Source: Spirochaetaceae bacterium
GTDB taxonomy: Bacteria; Spirochaetota; Spirochaetia; DSM-2461
Reading direction: 5' to 3'
Length of the DNA: 64,000 bases
Assembly (NCBI GenBank): GCA_051531975.1
Contig: JAOPTT010000005.1
Location: 391,030 to 455,029, forward strand
Position numbers and translations under genes: made by a program
Part shown: piece after piece, positions 9,537-20,400 of the stretch
Layout of the letters: each line of letters begins with the position of its first letter
How positions within the stretch are numbered: the first letter of the stretch is position 1
Notes under the pieces: model-generated
Database searches by the model: none
The model's input: only the letters and a program-made list of their open reading frames with translations
Told to the model about the DNA's origin: nothing

Positions 9537-10886
9537 TTATTCAGGGTTTTTCATTTTTTTTATAGCTTTGTAAGCAAATGTCCCTGCGATTAGTAAAGTT
9601 AAAAACTCTGAGATTGGAAATGCTATCCACACTCCTGTTAAATTCCATATTCTACTTAATCCAAAAGAAATAGGTAATAAAAAGATGATCTGCCTTAAAA
9701 ATGAGATTATTAAACTTATCTTTGCATTACCTAGAGGCATAAAAAATACTGTTAAAATGATTCCAGCTCCAGAGAAGACAAAACCAGAACTAATTATTCT
9801 TAGACACTGTATTCCTATCCCATACATTTCATCTGTGCTACTAAATAGTGTTAAAAGCTGCCTTGGAAACAGTTGAAAAAGAATCGTTCCAATACACATT
9901 ATTATTGTAGCATAAATTGCACTATATTTTATTGCATCAAAAACTCTTTTATTGTTTTTTGCACCATAATTGAATCCAATAACTGGCATCATACCTTGGG
10001 TTAAACCAAAAATAGGCATGTAGATAAATGATTGTAATTTAAAATATGCACCAAAAACTGCTACTGAAGTTCCAGAAAATCCTGCTAGGATTAAGTTTAT
10101 TACTGTTATCATAACTGATGCTAATAGCTGCATAAACATAGAAGGGATCGCAACTTTAAATATTTCGCTAGTTATTTTTTTACTAAAGTGAAACTTGGAT
10201 ATATTTAATTGAATACCATCTTTGTTTTTTAAAACCAAGGTTAATGCATATAACATTGCAACTAACTGGCCTATTACTGTAGCAATAGCTGCACCTACAA
10301 CTCCAAGCTCTGGGAAAAAGAATAGTCCAAAAATTAGAAAGGGATCAAGAATTATGTTTATACAAGCACCTAAAAGTTGAATTTTCATAGAGCTTATCAT
10401 ATCTCCAGTTGCTCTTAAGATATTCATGCAAACTGCTGTTAATATGTTACCAAAAGAGAAGAACATAATTATCCTTGTATATTGTATTGCATATTCAAGA
10501 ACAACTACGTCATCTGTAAACATTTTAAAAAATAACTGGGGAAGAAAAAATGAACTTATTGCTAACAAACTCCATATTAAAATACCAATAATTAAGCCGT
10601 GTTCAGCTGTATTTTCAGCTTCATCTTTATTTCCCTCTCCAAGTTTCCTGGACATAAATGAGTTTATACCAATTCCTAATCCAACAAAAATCGCGATAAT
10701 AATCATCTGAATTGGGAATGCAAGTGATAGGGCAGTAAGAGCTTTCTCTGATATTCTAGCAACAAACATACTATCCACAATATTGTAAAGTGCCTGAACA
10801 ATCATAGATATCATTGCTGGTAGGGACATTTGTATTATTAGCTTTTTTACATCCATATTAGCAAGTTTTTTCATATTTTCTTTCAT
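9537..10886 (-). CDS. MATE-family efflux transporter
   Basis: LYNIVDSMFV, NIILDPFLIFG, GVVGAAIATVIGQ; 12 TM. Confidence 0.95.
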   Translation of the reverse strand: MKENMKKLANMDVKKLIIQMSLPAMISMIVQALYNIVDSMFVARISEKALTALSLAFPIQMIIIAIFVGLGIGINSFMSRKLGEGNKDEAENTAEHGLIIGILIWSLLAISSFFLPQLFFKMFTDDVVVLEYAIQYTRIIMFFSFGNILTAVCMNILRATGDMISSMKIQLLGACINIILDPFLIFGLFFFPELGVVGAAIATVIGQLVAMLYALTLVLKNKDGIQLNISKFHFSKKITSEIFKVAIPSMFMQLLASVMITVINLILAGFSGTSVAVFGAYFKLQSFIYMPIFGLTQGMMPVIGFNYGAKNNKRVFDAIKYSAIYATIIMCIGTILFQLFPRQLLTLFSSTDEMYGIGIQCLRIISSGFVFSGAGIILTVFFMPLGNAKISLIISFLRQIIFLLPISFGLSRIWNLTGVWIAFPISEFLTLLIAGTFAYKAIKKMKNPE

Positions 10887-10952
10887 TTTGTTTCCTCTTT
10901 TATATTAACAATATTATCCATAATATTGAGATATCTATTCTTATAAATGTAC

Positions 10953-11450
10953 TTACTCGTTTTCTAAACAATAAATAATGACCTGATCTTTTGATCCATC
11001 AAAAAAGATATCTTTTATCCCAAACTCTGTAAATACAAAATTGTTTTTTTCAAGTACTCTCTTAGAACTAATATTTCTAGAAGCAACAGGAGCAATAATT
11101 TTTTTAAGTCCCATTTCATTAAAAGCTATATTTATTACTTCTTTAATAACAAATGTAGCGATTCCATTGCCTGTATATTGTGAATCGATAACATATGCTA
11201 AATTTGCTTTGCACTTACTTATTCCTGTTAAATCAATAATACCTACCATTTCTGACCTATCATCAATATCAATTAGTATTTTCCAGATTATACTTTTAGA
11301 ACTATTAACTAATTTATTATAAAAGTTTTCAGTATCTTTTATAGATTTATGAGGTTCAATTGGGAGGAATTTTACAGTATCTACATTTGATAGTATTTTA
11401 TTTAGATGAATAATATCTTTTTTATTAAATGATTCTAATCGTATTGTCAT
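10953..11450 (-). CDS. GNAT acetyltransferase (RimJ/RimL-like)
   Basis: YTGNGIAT, NISSKRVLEKNNF. Confidence 0.88.
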   Translation of the reverse strand: MTIRLESFNKKDIIHLNKILSNVDTVKFLPIEPHKSIKDTENFYNKLVNSSKSIIWKILIDIDDRSEMVGIIDLTGISKCKANLAYVIDSQYTGNGIATFVIKEVINIAFNEMGLKKIIAPVASRNISSKRVLEKNNFVFTEFGIKDIFFDGSKDQVIIYCLENE

Positions 11451-11505
11451 GTACTACCCTCAAATATAAGTTATACCATAAATAAGTCTAATACTTTATA
11501 CAAAA

Positions 11506-12450
11506 TTAAAATGCCTTCCAACTGAACTCTACATTAACCTTATCTGCTTCAGATAGTGCTAAATTAGTTGAGTGTGCAATTACTTCACATTGATCATAAT
11601 CTGAATTAATTAATTTTACTTTTATTTCTATATGATGTCCTTGGAAACACGTCTCTATAACTTCTCCATTTAATTCACCATCTACATTAATATCTACATC
11701 TTCTGGTCTCACAAAACCTTCAATACTGTCTTTTGTTAAAATATTAACTTTACCAAGAAATGATGCAGTGTATTCAGATTTTGGTTTTGAATATACATCT
11801 ATAGGAGTTCCTATTTGTTGTATGGCACCTTTATTCATTATTGCCAGTCTATCTGATAGATAATAAGCTTCATCTTTATGATGTGTAACAAACAGTGCAG
11901 TTATGTTTTTTGTTTTAATAATTCTTTTTACATCTTTTAATAGGGATTCTTTTAATAATACGTCTAAATTATTAAAAGGTTCATCTAATAATAGAATATC
12001 CGGATTCCCAGCTATAGCTCTAGCAAGGGCTACTCTCTGCATTTCTCCCCCAGATATTTGATGTGGGAAACGCTTTTCAAGGCCTTCAAGTTTACATAGA
12101 TTTAATAACTCTTCTAATTCTTTTTTATCATTTTTTTTATCCATACCAAATAGTATGTTTTTCTCTACATTCATATGTGGAAATAGCGCTAGATCTTGGA
12201 ATACTAGGCCTACAGATCTCTCTTCAGGTTGAATAAATGTCTTTTGGTCTGAAATAGTTTTATCCCCAAATATTATCTTTCCATCAGTAGGAGTTTCAAA
12301 ACCTGCAATCATTCTTAAGACTGTTGTTTTTCCTGAACCACTGGAGCCTAAAATAGTAAAAATTTCACCTTTTTCAATATCAAGGCTTATATTATCTACC
12401 GCTCGATTATTTCCAAAAAATTTATTTATATTGTTAAGACTTAGCTTCAC
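11506..12450 (-). CDS. fbpC: Fe(III) ABC transporter ATP-binding subunit
   Basis: Walker A GSSGSGKT, ISGGEMQRVALARA, LLLDEP; operon context. Confidence 0.88.
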   Translation of the reverse strand: MKLSLNNINKFFGNNRAVDNISLDIEKGEIFTILGSSGSGKTTVLRMIAGFETPTDGKIIFGDKTISDQKTFIQPEERSVGLVFQDLALFPHMNVEKNILFGMDKKNDKKELEELLNLCKLEGLEKRFPHQISGGEMQRVALARAIAGNPDILLLDEPFNNLDVLLKESLLKDVKRIIKTKNITALFVTHHKDEAYYLSDRLAIMNKGAIQQIGTPIDVYSKPKSEYTASFLGKVNILTKDSIEGFVRPEDVDINVDGELNGEVIETCFQGHHIEIKVKLINSDYDQCEVIAHSTNLALSEADKVNVEFSWKAF

Positions 12451-14053
12451 TGTTTTTCTCCGATAACCTGTTTAGTATATAGATTGGAATAACTCCGGTA
12501 ATTATTAGAACAAGAGCTGGAACGGCTGATTCTGGTATCTGTTCATCTATTGCAAGTTCATATATTTTTGTTGCTAATGTATCAAAATTAAATGGTCTTA
12601 AAATCATTGTTAGTGGTAACTCTTTTAGCAGATCCACAAATAACAGTATAGAAGATACTAAAAAGCTTCTCTTTAATAGTGCAAGGTCCACTTGGAATAG
12701 GGTTTTTATTTTAGAAACTCCTAGGGATCTTGATGCCTCTCTATATTTTGAATTTATAGTAACGAGACCTGCATTAATAGGTCTGTATGCCACAGCCATA
12801 AACCTTATGTTGTATGCATAGATTAGTGCAAAAAATGTTCCACTGAATATCAATACATTTTGCATCATATCTATCTTTCCAAAAAGAACCATAATTCCTA
12901 CAGCTATTACTGTTCCTGGTATTGCGTACCCAACTGTAATAAGATTAAAAACTTTTCTAAGCCAGTTAGGAAGTTTACTATTGTTTATTATTGCTGCAGT
13001 TGAGCTAAATATTAAGGAGACTACAACTGCTGTACCTGCTATTGTAAAACTATTTAATGTCAGTTTAAAAAATTCTAAGGATAAAATAGATTCATAGGAT
13101 TTCATAAACCATGATATTAATTGAATAACAGGTATTAAAAATCCTAATAAAAAAGGGGTTAGGCAGAAACATAAAATAAATATACCTTTTAGCCCTTTTG
13201 CTTTAACTCTTTTTACAGGTCTAAGAACTCTGTTGGAGAAGTTAAACTTTCTATTTTTAAGGGCAATTTTCTCAGTTGTTATTGCAACTATTGCAAATAT
13301 TAAAAGATAGGAAGAGAGTTTCATTGCTGCATTTAGATCTCCTAAGGAGAACCAAGCTCTAAATATACCAGTTTGAAATACCTGAACTCCAAAATAATTT
13401 ACTACACCAAAATCATTTAATACTTCCATTAATACAAGAGAAGCTCCACCTAATATTGCTGGAATTGATATCGGAAGTATTACAGTAAAAAACCAGTTCC
13501 TTTTTCCTGATGAAATTGCAGGTTCTACATAACTTAATGCGTAGCTATTTAATGCATTTTTTACTGGGACATATATATAGGGGTATAATGTTATGGATAT
13601 TATAAATATAGCTCCATTTAAATTCATAATGTCAAATATTTTCCATGTTCCTATCTGTATATTAAAAGTATTTCTAAAAAACGATTGTATAGGTCCTGTA
13701 TAATCAAGTATTCCTGAATATACTATTGCTGCAACATATCCTGGAATAGCCATAGGAAGTATTAATAAAAAATCCAGAAGATTTCTTAAAGGAAAGTCGT
13801 ATCTACTAATATAATATGCAGTTCCAATTCCTATAAAAAGAGTTACTCCTACAACTGAAAATGTTAATATTAATGTATCTTTTATATACGTTGGTAGAAG
13901 AACTGTTTTTATATGATCCCAGGTGGAACTTGTTGGCTCAAAAAGTGAGAGCACTACAATTCCACAGGGTATTAAGATTGTAAGTAGTAGAATAATAGAG
14001 ACCAGGTTTTTAACAACCTGTGACTCTTTTTTATTTCCAGCCGGCTTCATCAA
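12434..14053 (-). CDS. fbpB: Fe(III) ABC transporter permease
   Basis: Duplicated permease domains, LNDFGVV, KELPLTMILRPFNFDTLA; exact start uncertain. Confidence 0.9.
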   Translation of the reverse strand: MMKPAGNKKESQVVKNLVSIILLLTILIPCGIVVLSLFEPTSSTWDHIKTVLLPTYIKDTLILTFSVVGVTLFIGIGTAYYISRYDFPLRNLLDFLLILPMAIPGYVAAIVYSGILDYTGPIQSFFRNTFNIQIGTWKIFDIMNLNGAIFIISITLYPYIYVPVKNALNSYALSYVEPAISSGKRNWFFTVILPISIPAILGGASLVLMEVLNDFGVVNYFGVQVFQTGIFRAWFSLGDLNAAMKLSSYLLIFAIVAITTEKIALKNRKFNFSNRVLRPVKRVKAKGLKGIFILCFCLTPFLLGFLIPVIQLISWFMKSYESILSLEFFKLTLNSFTIAGTAVVVSLIFSSTAAIINNSKLPNWLRKVFNLITVGYAIPGTVIAVGIMVLFGKIDMMQNVLIFSGTFFALIYAYNIRFMAVAYRPINAGLVTINSKYREASRSLGVSKIKTLFQVDLALLKRSFLVSSILLFVDLLKELPLTMILRPFNFDTLATKIYELAIDEQIPESAVPALVLIITGVIPIYILNRLSEKNSEAKS

Positions 14054-15065
14054 ATACCTTAACTGCAGCTGTATTATTCTCTCCTAAAAGAGAAAGGTTA
14101 ATTGTATCTTCTTTAAACTTACCCCAGCTATTTACTAGATCTGAAACCTTAGCGTTTGGATTTACTGGATACTCAAAGTTTCCTTTAGCAAATTTTTCCT
14201 GAGCTTCAACAGATAAAAGAAACTCTATTAAAAGTTCAGCATTTGCTCTATTTTTTCCATGTTTTGTAAGACCAGCTCCACTTATATTTATATGTGCACC
14301 TCTGCCTTCCTGGTTTGGAAAGAATATGCCCATCTGTTTACCAACTTTTACTTCTTCTTCAGAAGATGATGTTAGAAGTTTACCAAGATAATATGTATTT
14401 ACGACTGCAACATCGGCAATTCCTGCAGCAATAGCTTTCATCTGATCCCTATCGTTACCTTTAGGCTCTCTTGCCATATTCTTAACCATGTTTTGAGCCC
14501 ATATTTTAGCTTCCTCTTCACCATCAATTGCAATAATAGATGCTAGTAAACTTTGATTATATAAGTTTGAAGAAGACCTAATAACAACTCTACCTCTCCA
14601 TTTATCATCTGTTAAAGCACTATATGTTGATAGCTCTTTAGGATCTACTTTATCTTTGTTATATGCGAAGACTCTTGCTCTTTTAGTTAATGCAAACCAT
14701 TTGTTATCTGAATCTTTTAGGTGTTTTGGTACATTTTTTAATAAAGATGGAGAAATAGATGATAAAAGGTCCAACTCTTTTGCTTTATATAGTCTACCTG
14801 CATCTGCTGTTATTAAAATATCTGCAGGACTATTAACACCTTCGTTTTTTAGTCGTTCAATCAGTTGGTCAGCATCTGCTTTAACCACATTAACAACAAT
14901 ACCTGTTTCTTTAGTAAATTGCTCAAATAGTTGTTTATCAATGTCGTAATGTCTATGGGTATAAACATTAACCTCATTTTTATCTGTGTTACTTTCTTTT
15001 GCAGATTTTCCAAATAGAGTTACTGATAATAGTAACATTGATATTAATATAATTTTATTAGTCAT
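14031..15065 (-). CDS. fbpA: Fe(III) ABC transporter substrate-binding protein (FbpA/FutA-type)
   Basis: VYTHRHY, SPADILITADAGRL, YNQSLLAS, VNTYYLG (tandem Tyr iron ligands). Confidence 0.92.
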   Translation of the reverse strand: MTNKIILISMLLLSVTLFGKSAKESNTDKNEVNVYTHRHYDIDKQLFEQFTKETGIVVNVVKADADQLIERLKNEGVNSPADILITADAGRLYKAKELDLLSSISPSLLKNVPKHLKDSDNKWFALTKRARVFAYNKDKVDPKELSTYSALTDDKWRGRVVIRSSSNLYNQSLLASIIAIDGEEEAKIWAQNMVKNMAREPKGNDRDQMKAIAAGIADVAVVNTYYLGKLLTSSSEEEVKVGKQMGIFFPNQEGRGAHINISGAGLTKHGKNRANAELLIEFLLSVEAQEKFAKGNFEYPVNPNAKVSDLVNSWGKFKEDTINLSLLGENNTAAVKVFDEAGWK

Positions 15066-15091
15066 AATGTCTCCTTAAGTAATATAGGCAT

Positions 15092-15121
15092 AATATAGTT
15101 TATTAGTCTAAGCTAAGTCAA
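15092..15121 (-). promoter_or_regulatory. fbp promoter with DtxR/IdeR-like box
   Basis: TTGACT-18-TATATT; TTAGCTTAGACTAA (15103-15116) lies in the spacer. Confidence 0.55.
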
Positions 15122-15176
15122 TAAAGAAAACAAATATATTTTATGTTTCTAAATGTTTTATCGTATATTAGTATTT

Positions 15177-15213
15177 CACCTCAGTGATAAAATTGTAAAT
15201 TCTCACTGAGGTG
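15177..15213. terminator. Terminator hairpin downstream of the 86-aa ORF
   Basis: CACCTCAGTGA-N15-TCACTGAGGTG perfect 11-bp stem. Confidence 0.6.
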
Positions 15214-15229
15214 CATTGGAGACTAATTG

Positions 15230-15490
15230 TTAAGTAGATTTAATTTTTTCTAGTTCATTTAAAGCTTTATCGGAAAAATGGACGGTGTATTTTGTAGAAT
15301 TCATACTACCTATATCTAGAGAAATGAACTTTAAATAATCTCCATCGATTAAATCATGTATAGATGAAAACTTAATATCTTCTTCTATCTCTTCAAATGG
15401 CTCTTTATTCAAGAGATCACTGTATTCCTTTGAATCGTACTTTTTCACTAGGTTTTCATTAAAACCTAAAAATTTATCAACTATTGTCAT
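15230..15490 (-). CDS. Hypothetical protein (86 aa)
   Basis: SD AGGA, own downstream hairpin; no family recognised. Confidence 0.65.
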   Translation of the reverse strand: MTIVDKFLGFNENLVKKYDSKEYSDLLNKEPFEEIEEDIKFSSIHDLIDGDYLKFISLDIGSMNSTKYTVHFSDKALNELEKIKST

Positions 15491-15713
15491 TGTATATCCT
15501 ACACTTTTATATTTTTAATTATGGACATATTAACATAGATTTTGAAATATGAATATAAATTCATAAGTTATTTGTGACTAATCAAGTATGACAAAAGTCC
15601 AAATGATTTACTTTCAGTGATTAATTATCTAATATATCTTTGTGTAATAAATAGTTTTAACCAGTAAAAACCTGATTTTGGTCATAAATCATAAATAATA
15701 ATGGAGATTTAAC

Positions 15714-16190
15714 GTGAAAAATGCACTTGGTACGATTAATACATATAAAGAAGAACATAAAATTGAAGTAGATCATTTAATAAAAATATCTTTTGAACCT
15801 CTTAGAGAAATATATGTAATAAGCAACACCAACAGTGTTAAAACATTAGATTTCAAGACTTTAGTTTATCAGATAGAAGATATAATAGTTGGAACAATAT
15901 CTTATTATTATGAGGATGATAAAGTTAGGATTTTTAGACTAGCAGTAGATCCTAGTTTTAGAGGAAGAGGTATAGCTAAATCACTACTGAATTATTTAGA
16001 AAAAAGTCTGATATCCACAAAATATAATAAAATAGGACTATATACAATTAAAGAAACTGGTAATGGAGAACTGTTTATTAAGTTTGGATTTAGAATCATA
16101 TCTGAAGATATTGCAACCTTAGCGACTTCACCATTAGGTTATCCAGTTATCGAATTAGATATGGTAAAAAACAGATCTTTGGCAAGGTGA
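15714..16190 (+). CDS. GNAT acetyltransferase
   Basis: RLAVDPSFRGRGIAKSLL; SD GGAG. Confidence 0.9.
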   Translation: MKNALGTINTYKEEHKIEVDHLIKISFEPLREIYVISNTNSVKTLDFKTLVYQIEDIIVGTISYYYEDDKVRIFRLAVDPSFRGRGIAKSLLNYLEKSLISTKYNKIGLYTIKETGNGELFIKFGFRIISEDIATLATSPLGYPVIELDMVKNRSLAR

Positions 16191-16268
16191 TATAAAAAAT
16201 AATAGTAATTATCGTCTAATGTTAGTAATATCAAAATAACAAGAAATCAATTATATAAAGGTTAACTA

Positions 16269-17354
16269 ATGAACAAATATACTCTTATATCCGTTTTAGT
16301 ATTATTATTTTTTATAATTGGATGCAAAAGATCTGAAGTAATGATTAATTCAGAACAAATTATCTCTTTAGATAAAGATATTATAGGTTGGAGACAATCT
16401 GATCTATTTAATGGTGCAGTATTAATGTCCCAAAATGATGAAATAATGTTTATGAAGACATATGGATATACTGATTATACTCATACTAAAAAATTAACAC
16501 TACAATCTTCATTTAGACTGGCCTCTGTATCAAAGCAGTTTACAGCAGCAGGTATAATGATTTTGAAAGATAACAACAAATTGGATTTTGATGATGATAT
16601 TACTAAATATTTACCAGAATTAAAATTAATTTATAAAGGTATAACAATACGAAATCTATTAAACCATACATCTGGACTTCAAGATTATGTAACTCTAGCT
16701 GAAAAACACAGAGGTGATATAGAAATTTTGACTATACCAGTTGTTCTTAATATGTTTAAAGAACATGGAACAAAATTAAGAGTTCCTCCAGGAAGTAAGT
16801 TTGAATATAGTAATACAGGATATATCTTTTTATCAGAAATAATTACTAGGGTTTCAGGTCTTTCATTTGAAGATTTTCTAAAAAAAGGAATATTTGAACC
16901 TCTAAATATGAAAAATAGTAGTGTCGTTAATTTATTATCTAAGGACAATGTACTTCCAAATAGAACTAAAGGATTTATTGGAGACTTAGATAATAGTTAT
17001 CATTGGGCTGATGGTGTTTCAGGGGACGGAAGTGTCTTTTTAAGTATTGAAGATTTTTTACTATGGGAAAATGCAATTAGAGAAAACAGTATAATTTCAG
17101 AATCAAGTTGGAGTGAAGCTATCTCTCCAGTAACATTAAATAACGGTAAAACGTCTTATTATGGGTTTGGTTGGTTTCTTTCGGAAGATAGTAGTTTTAT
17201 AGAACATGGAGGCTCTTGGCTTGGAGCTAGGACATATATAAAAATGGATCTAAAAAACAGAGGGTTAATAGTAGTATTAGACTCATCGTCCAACGATTAT
17301 GTATTGCATCTTGCAGATCGAATGAAAAAAATATATAACTCATTATTAGAATAA
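16269..17354 (+). CDS. Beta-lactamase-family serine hydrolase lipoprotein
   Basis: IIGC lipobox; ASVSKQFT, LLNHTSG, YSN, HGG. Confidence 0.9.
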   Translation: MNKYTLISVLVLLFFIIGCKRSEVMINSEQIISLDKDIIGWRQSDLFNGAVLMSQNDEIMFMKTYGYTDYTHTKKLTLQSSFRLASVSKQFTAAGIMILKDNNKLDFDDDITKYLPELKLIYKGITIRNLLNHTSGLQDYVTLAEKHRGDIEILTIPVVLNMFKEHGTKLRVPPGSKFEYSNTGYIFLSEIITRVSGLSFEDFLKKGIFEPLNMKNSSVVNLLSKDNVLPNRTKGFIGDLDNSYHWADGVSGDGSVFLSIEDFLLWENAIRENSIISESSWSEAISPVTLNNGKTSYYGFGWFLSEDSSFIEHGGSWLGARTYIKMDLKNRGLIVVLDSSSNDYVLHLADRMKKIYNSLLE

Positions 17355-17459
17355 TAATAGAAAGTTAAAATACAAATAAATACTGCTATGTGATATACCA
17401 ATTCTATAATTCTAAAGAGGTTTGGGGTAAGAGCTGGTAAAGGATATATGATTTGTAAA

Positions 17460-20400
17460 TTATCTAAATAAATCTGCCAATAATTGACTTAATTCACTTA
17501 TCTGATATGGTTTCTGAATGAATCCTGATAATCCAGCATCTTTCATCTCTTTAATGTTATCATCCTTTGTAAAACCGGATGAGATAATTATTTTACAATC
17601 TTTATCAATTTTTTTTATTTTAAAAAATGCTTCTTGACCACTAACTTTTGGCATTATCATATCCATGATTATTACATCAATTATATCAATATTTAATTTA
17701 TAAACTTCTAAGGCTTCCTCTCCATCCATAGCAGTTATGATCGTATAACCTAAATCCTCAAGCATAGCTTTCCCAGTTACTCTTATTAATTCTTCATCAT
17801 CTACAAGAAGTATGGTACCATGTCCCAATATGATGTGTTGTTCATTTTCAGCTAAGTATATATCACTCTCAGAACAGGGCAATTTGATGTGAAATGATGT
17901 TCCAGTACCTTCTTCACTATATGCATTTATTACACCATGATGATCCTTTATAGTCCCATAAACTACTGACAATCCTAAACCTGTTCCCTCCCCAAGTTTT
18001 TTTGTTGTATAAAATGGATCAAATATTTTGGTTATTTTCTCTGCTGGAATACCAAATCCTGTATCTTGGATTTCTATATCACAATACATTCCAGGAGTTA
18101 TATCAAACTGTGATGCATTACAATAATTTTCATCTAGTATTATATCTTTGGTTGTAATTTTAATTTCTCCACCATCAGGCATTGCATGACTGGAATTAAT
18201 TCCTAAGTTGAGTAAAATATTTTGCAACCCAGAACTATCACCAATAATATTAAAATATTTTGATTGCTTATTTACTATAATTCTTATTTTTTTATCAATT
18301 GTTCTATTAAAAATTTCAACTGTTTCATCAATTATTTCATGTATATTAAGTATCGAATAATTCAATTCGCCTTTCCGGCTGAATGCCAGTAGTTTAGATA
18401 TTAAATCAGCAGCCCTTACAGATGCTTTCATAATCATATCAACAAGTGTCAATCCATGTTTATCAATTTTTCTTTTAGGATTTTTCAATAAGTGGACTGC
18501 GTTTAATATCCCAGTTAACATATTATTAAAATCATGTGCCATACCACCAGCAAGTTGTCCAATTGCATCCATTTTACTACTCTGATTTAACTCATCCATT
18601 AACTTATGTTTTTTAGTAACATCATCGATTCTAATTACAGCACCTTCTTTATCACTTTCCTGTAGTGGATAAATTGTAATATCAACAAATAAGTCATCAT
18701 CCATTTCCACTTTAATATTCAGATCACTAATTATATCCCCGGTTTGAATACTTTCTATAATACGATTCATATCCAAGTTAAAATCAGGTAATAAAACATC
18801 CAAAATATTCCCTTTAGCATCTTCAGACGATATAGATGTTTTCTCTACCGCTGTTCTATTCCATAATGTAACAACTCCCGTTTTATCTATACCGGCAATT
18901 AAGGATGGCATAGAATCTAAAACTTCTGCCTGGTATTTTTTTAGATGTAATATATCAGCCTCGGATTTTTTCTGATTTTTAAGTGCATCATTTAGTTTGT
19001 ATATATAAAATAAAATAATTATAGCCAGAGCCCAGCATGCAATAGTTATAAGAATCCTAAATAAAAGAGTGTCTCTAAATAGTGGGATAATATGAATTTT
19101 TATCGAATGACCTATTTCGTTCCAGATACCATCACTATTTGATGCTATTACTCTGAATATATAATCACCACCATCTAAATGTGTATAACTGGCATACCTT
19201 CGTTTACTAGATACCTCTATCCAATCCTTATCAAATCCTTCGAGTTTATATTTGTATTTGTTTTTTGATGGATTAGAATAATCTAAAGCGGCAAATTCAA
19301 ATGAGAAAAAGTTGTCATCGTATTCCAACTCAATAAAATCCAGATTTGATGTAGAACCCAGACTTGTTACCTCTTTATTAAAAATTTTAAATGACGTAAT
19401 AACCACAGGAGGAAGTACTTCATTTTCTTTTATACTATCTGGATAGAAATGAACCAGTCCATTAAAAGACCCAAAAAAGAGCTCTCCACTGTTTGTTTTT
19501 AAAGTTGAACTTCGGTTAAAGGGATTAATATCATAGTTTTTGAAACTATCTGCATATTCTGAATATACCGAAAGACCCCTCGATGTACTAATCCATAAGT
19601 TTCCATTGTCTTCTAACACTAGACCTGAAATGGAATCATCAACAAGTCCATTTTTTGTTGTATAAAAAGTCAGTTTACCGGTTGATATCTCTTTTTTTAT
19701 AAGTTTAGTAGAAGTTCCAATCCATAAGTTATTATTTTGATCTTCTTTTATATCTGTAATTAATAGTCCTAAATATGAACCTGGATTTTCAGGATCTTCT
19801 AATGTCTGAGTAAAAGAGTCATTGTTAGAATTATATTTAAACATACCCCTAATACTGCCATGCCATATATTTTGTGAAGAGTCTTCGAAAATAGGGGAAC
19901 TAAATGCTTCCTTTACTGGATAATGGATGAATAGTTTCGTATCATAAGAGTACCTTATCACTCCACTTAATTGGGTACCGATCCATACATTGTTTTTTGA
20001 ATCAACCATTACAGATCTGATTATTTTTTCACTGAAAAACCGGGTAAAATCATCTGTTTTCCTATTATATCTATTTAATCCTGATACTGTTGCAATCCAA
20101 ATATTCCGTTCCTGATCTTCTGCGATCATAGTTATAGAGTTATTAGATATACTTTTTGGATTATTTTGATTGGAAGTATAAATAGTATATTTATCATCCT
20201 CTGGATTATATCTATTTAGACCTCCGTTAGCCGTTCCAATCCACAACTCTCCAAATGAATCTTCAAATACTGATTTAACATCGTCATCACTAAGACTGTT
20301 TATGTCTTCCGGATTGTTTTTTATAAAAGAAAACCGTTCGTCCTTACTGTCATATCGGTTAAGTCCTGCGCCATATGTACCAGCCCAAAGAACCCCAGTA

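Noticed and set aside
15587..15686. Imperfect 13-bp inverted repeat TATGACAAAAGTC / GATTTTGGTCATA
   Set aside because: 11/13 match in AT-rich DNA, no target duplication or second copy seen; not supportable as a MITE.
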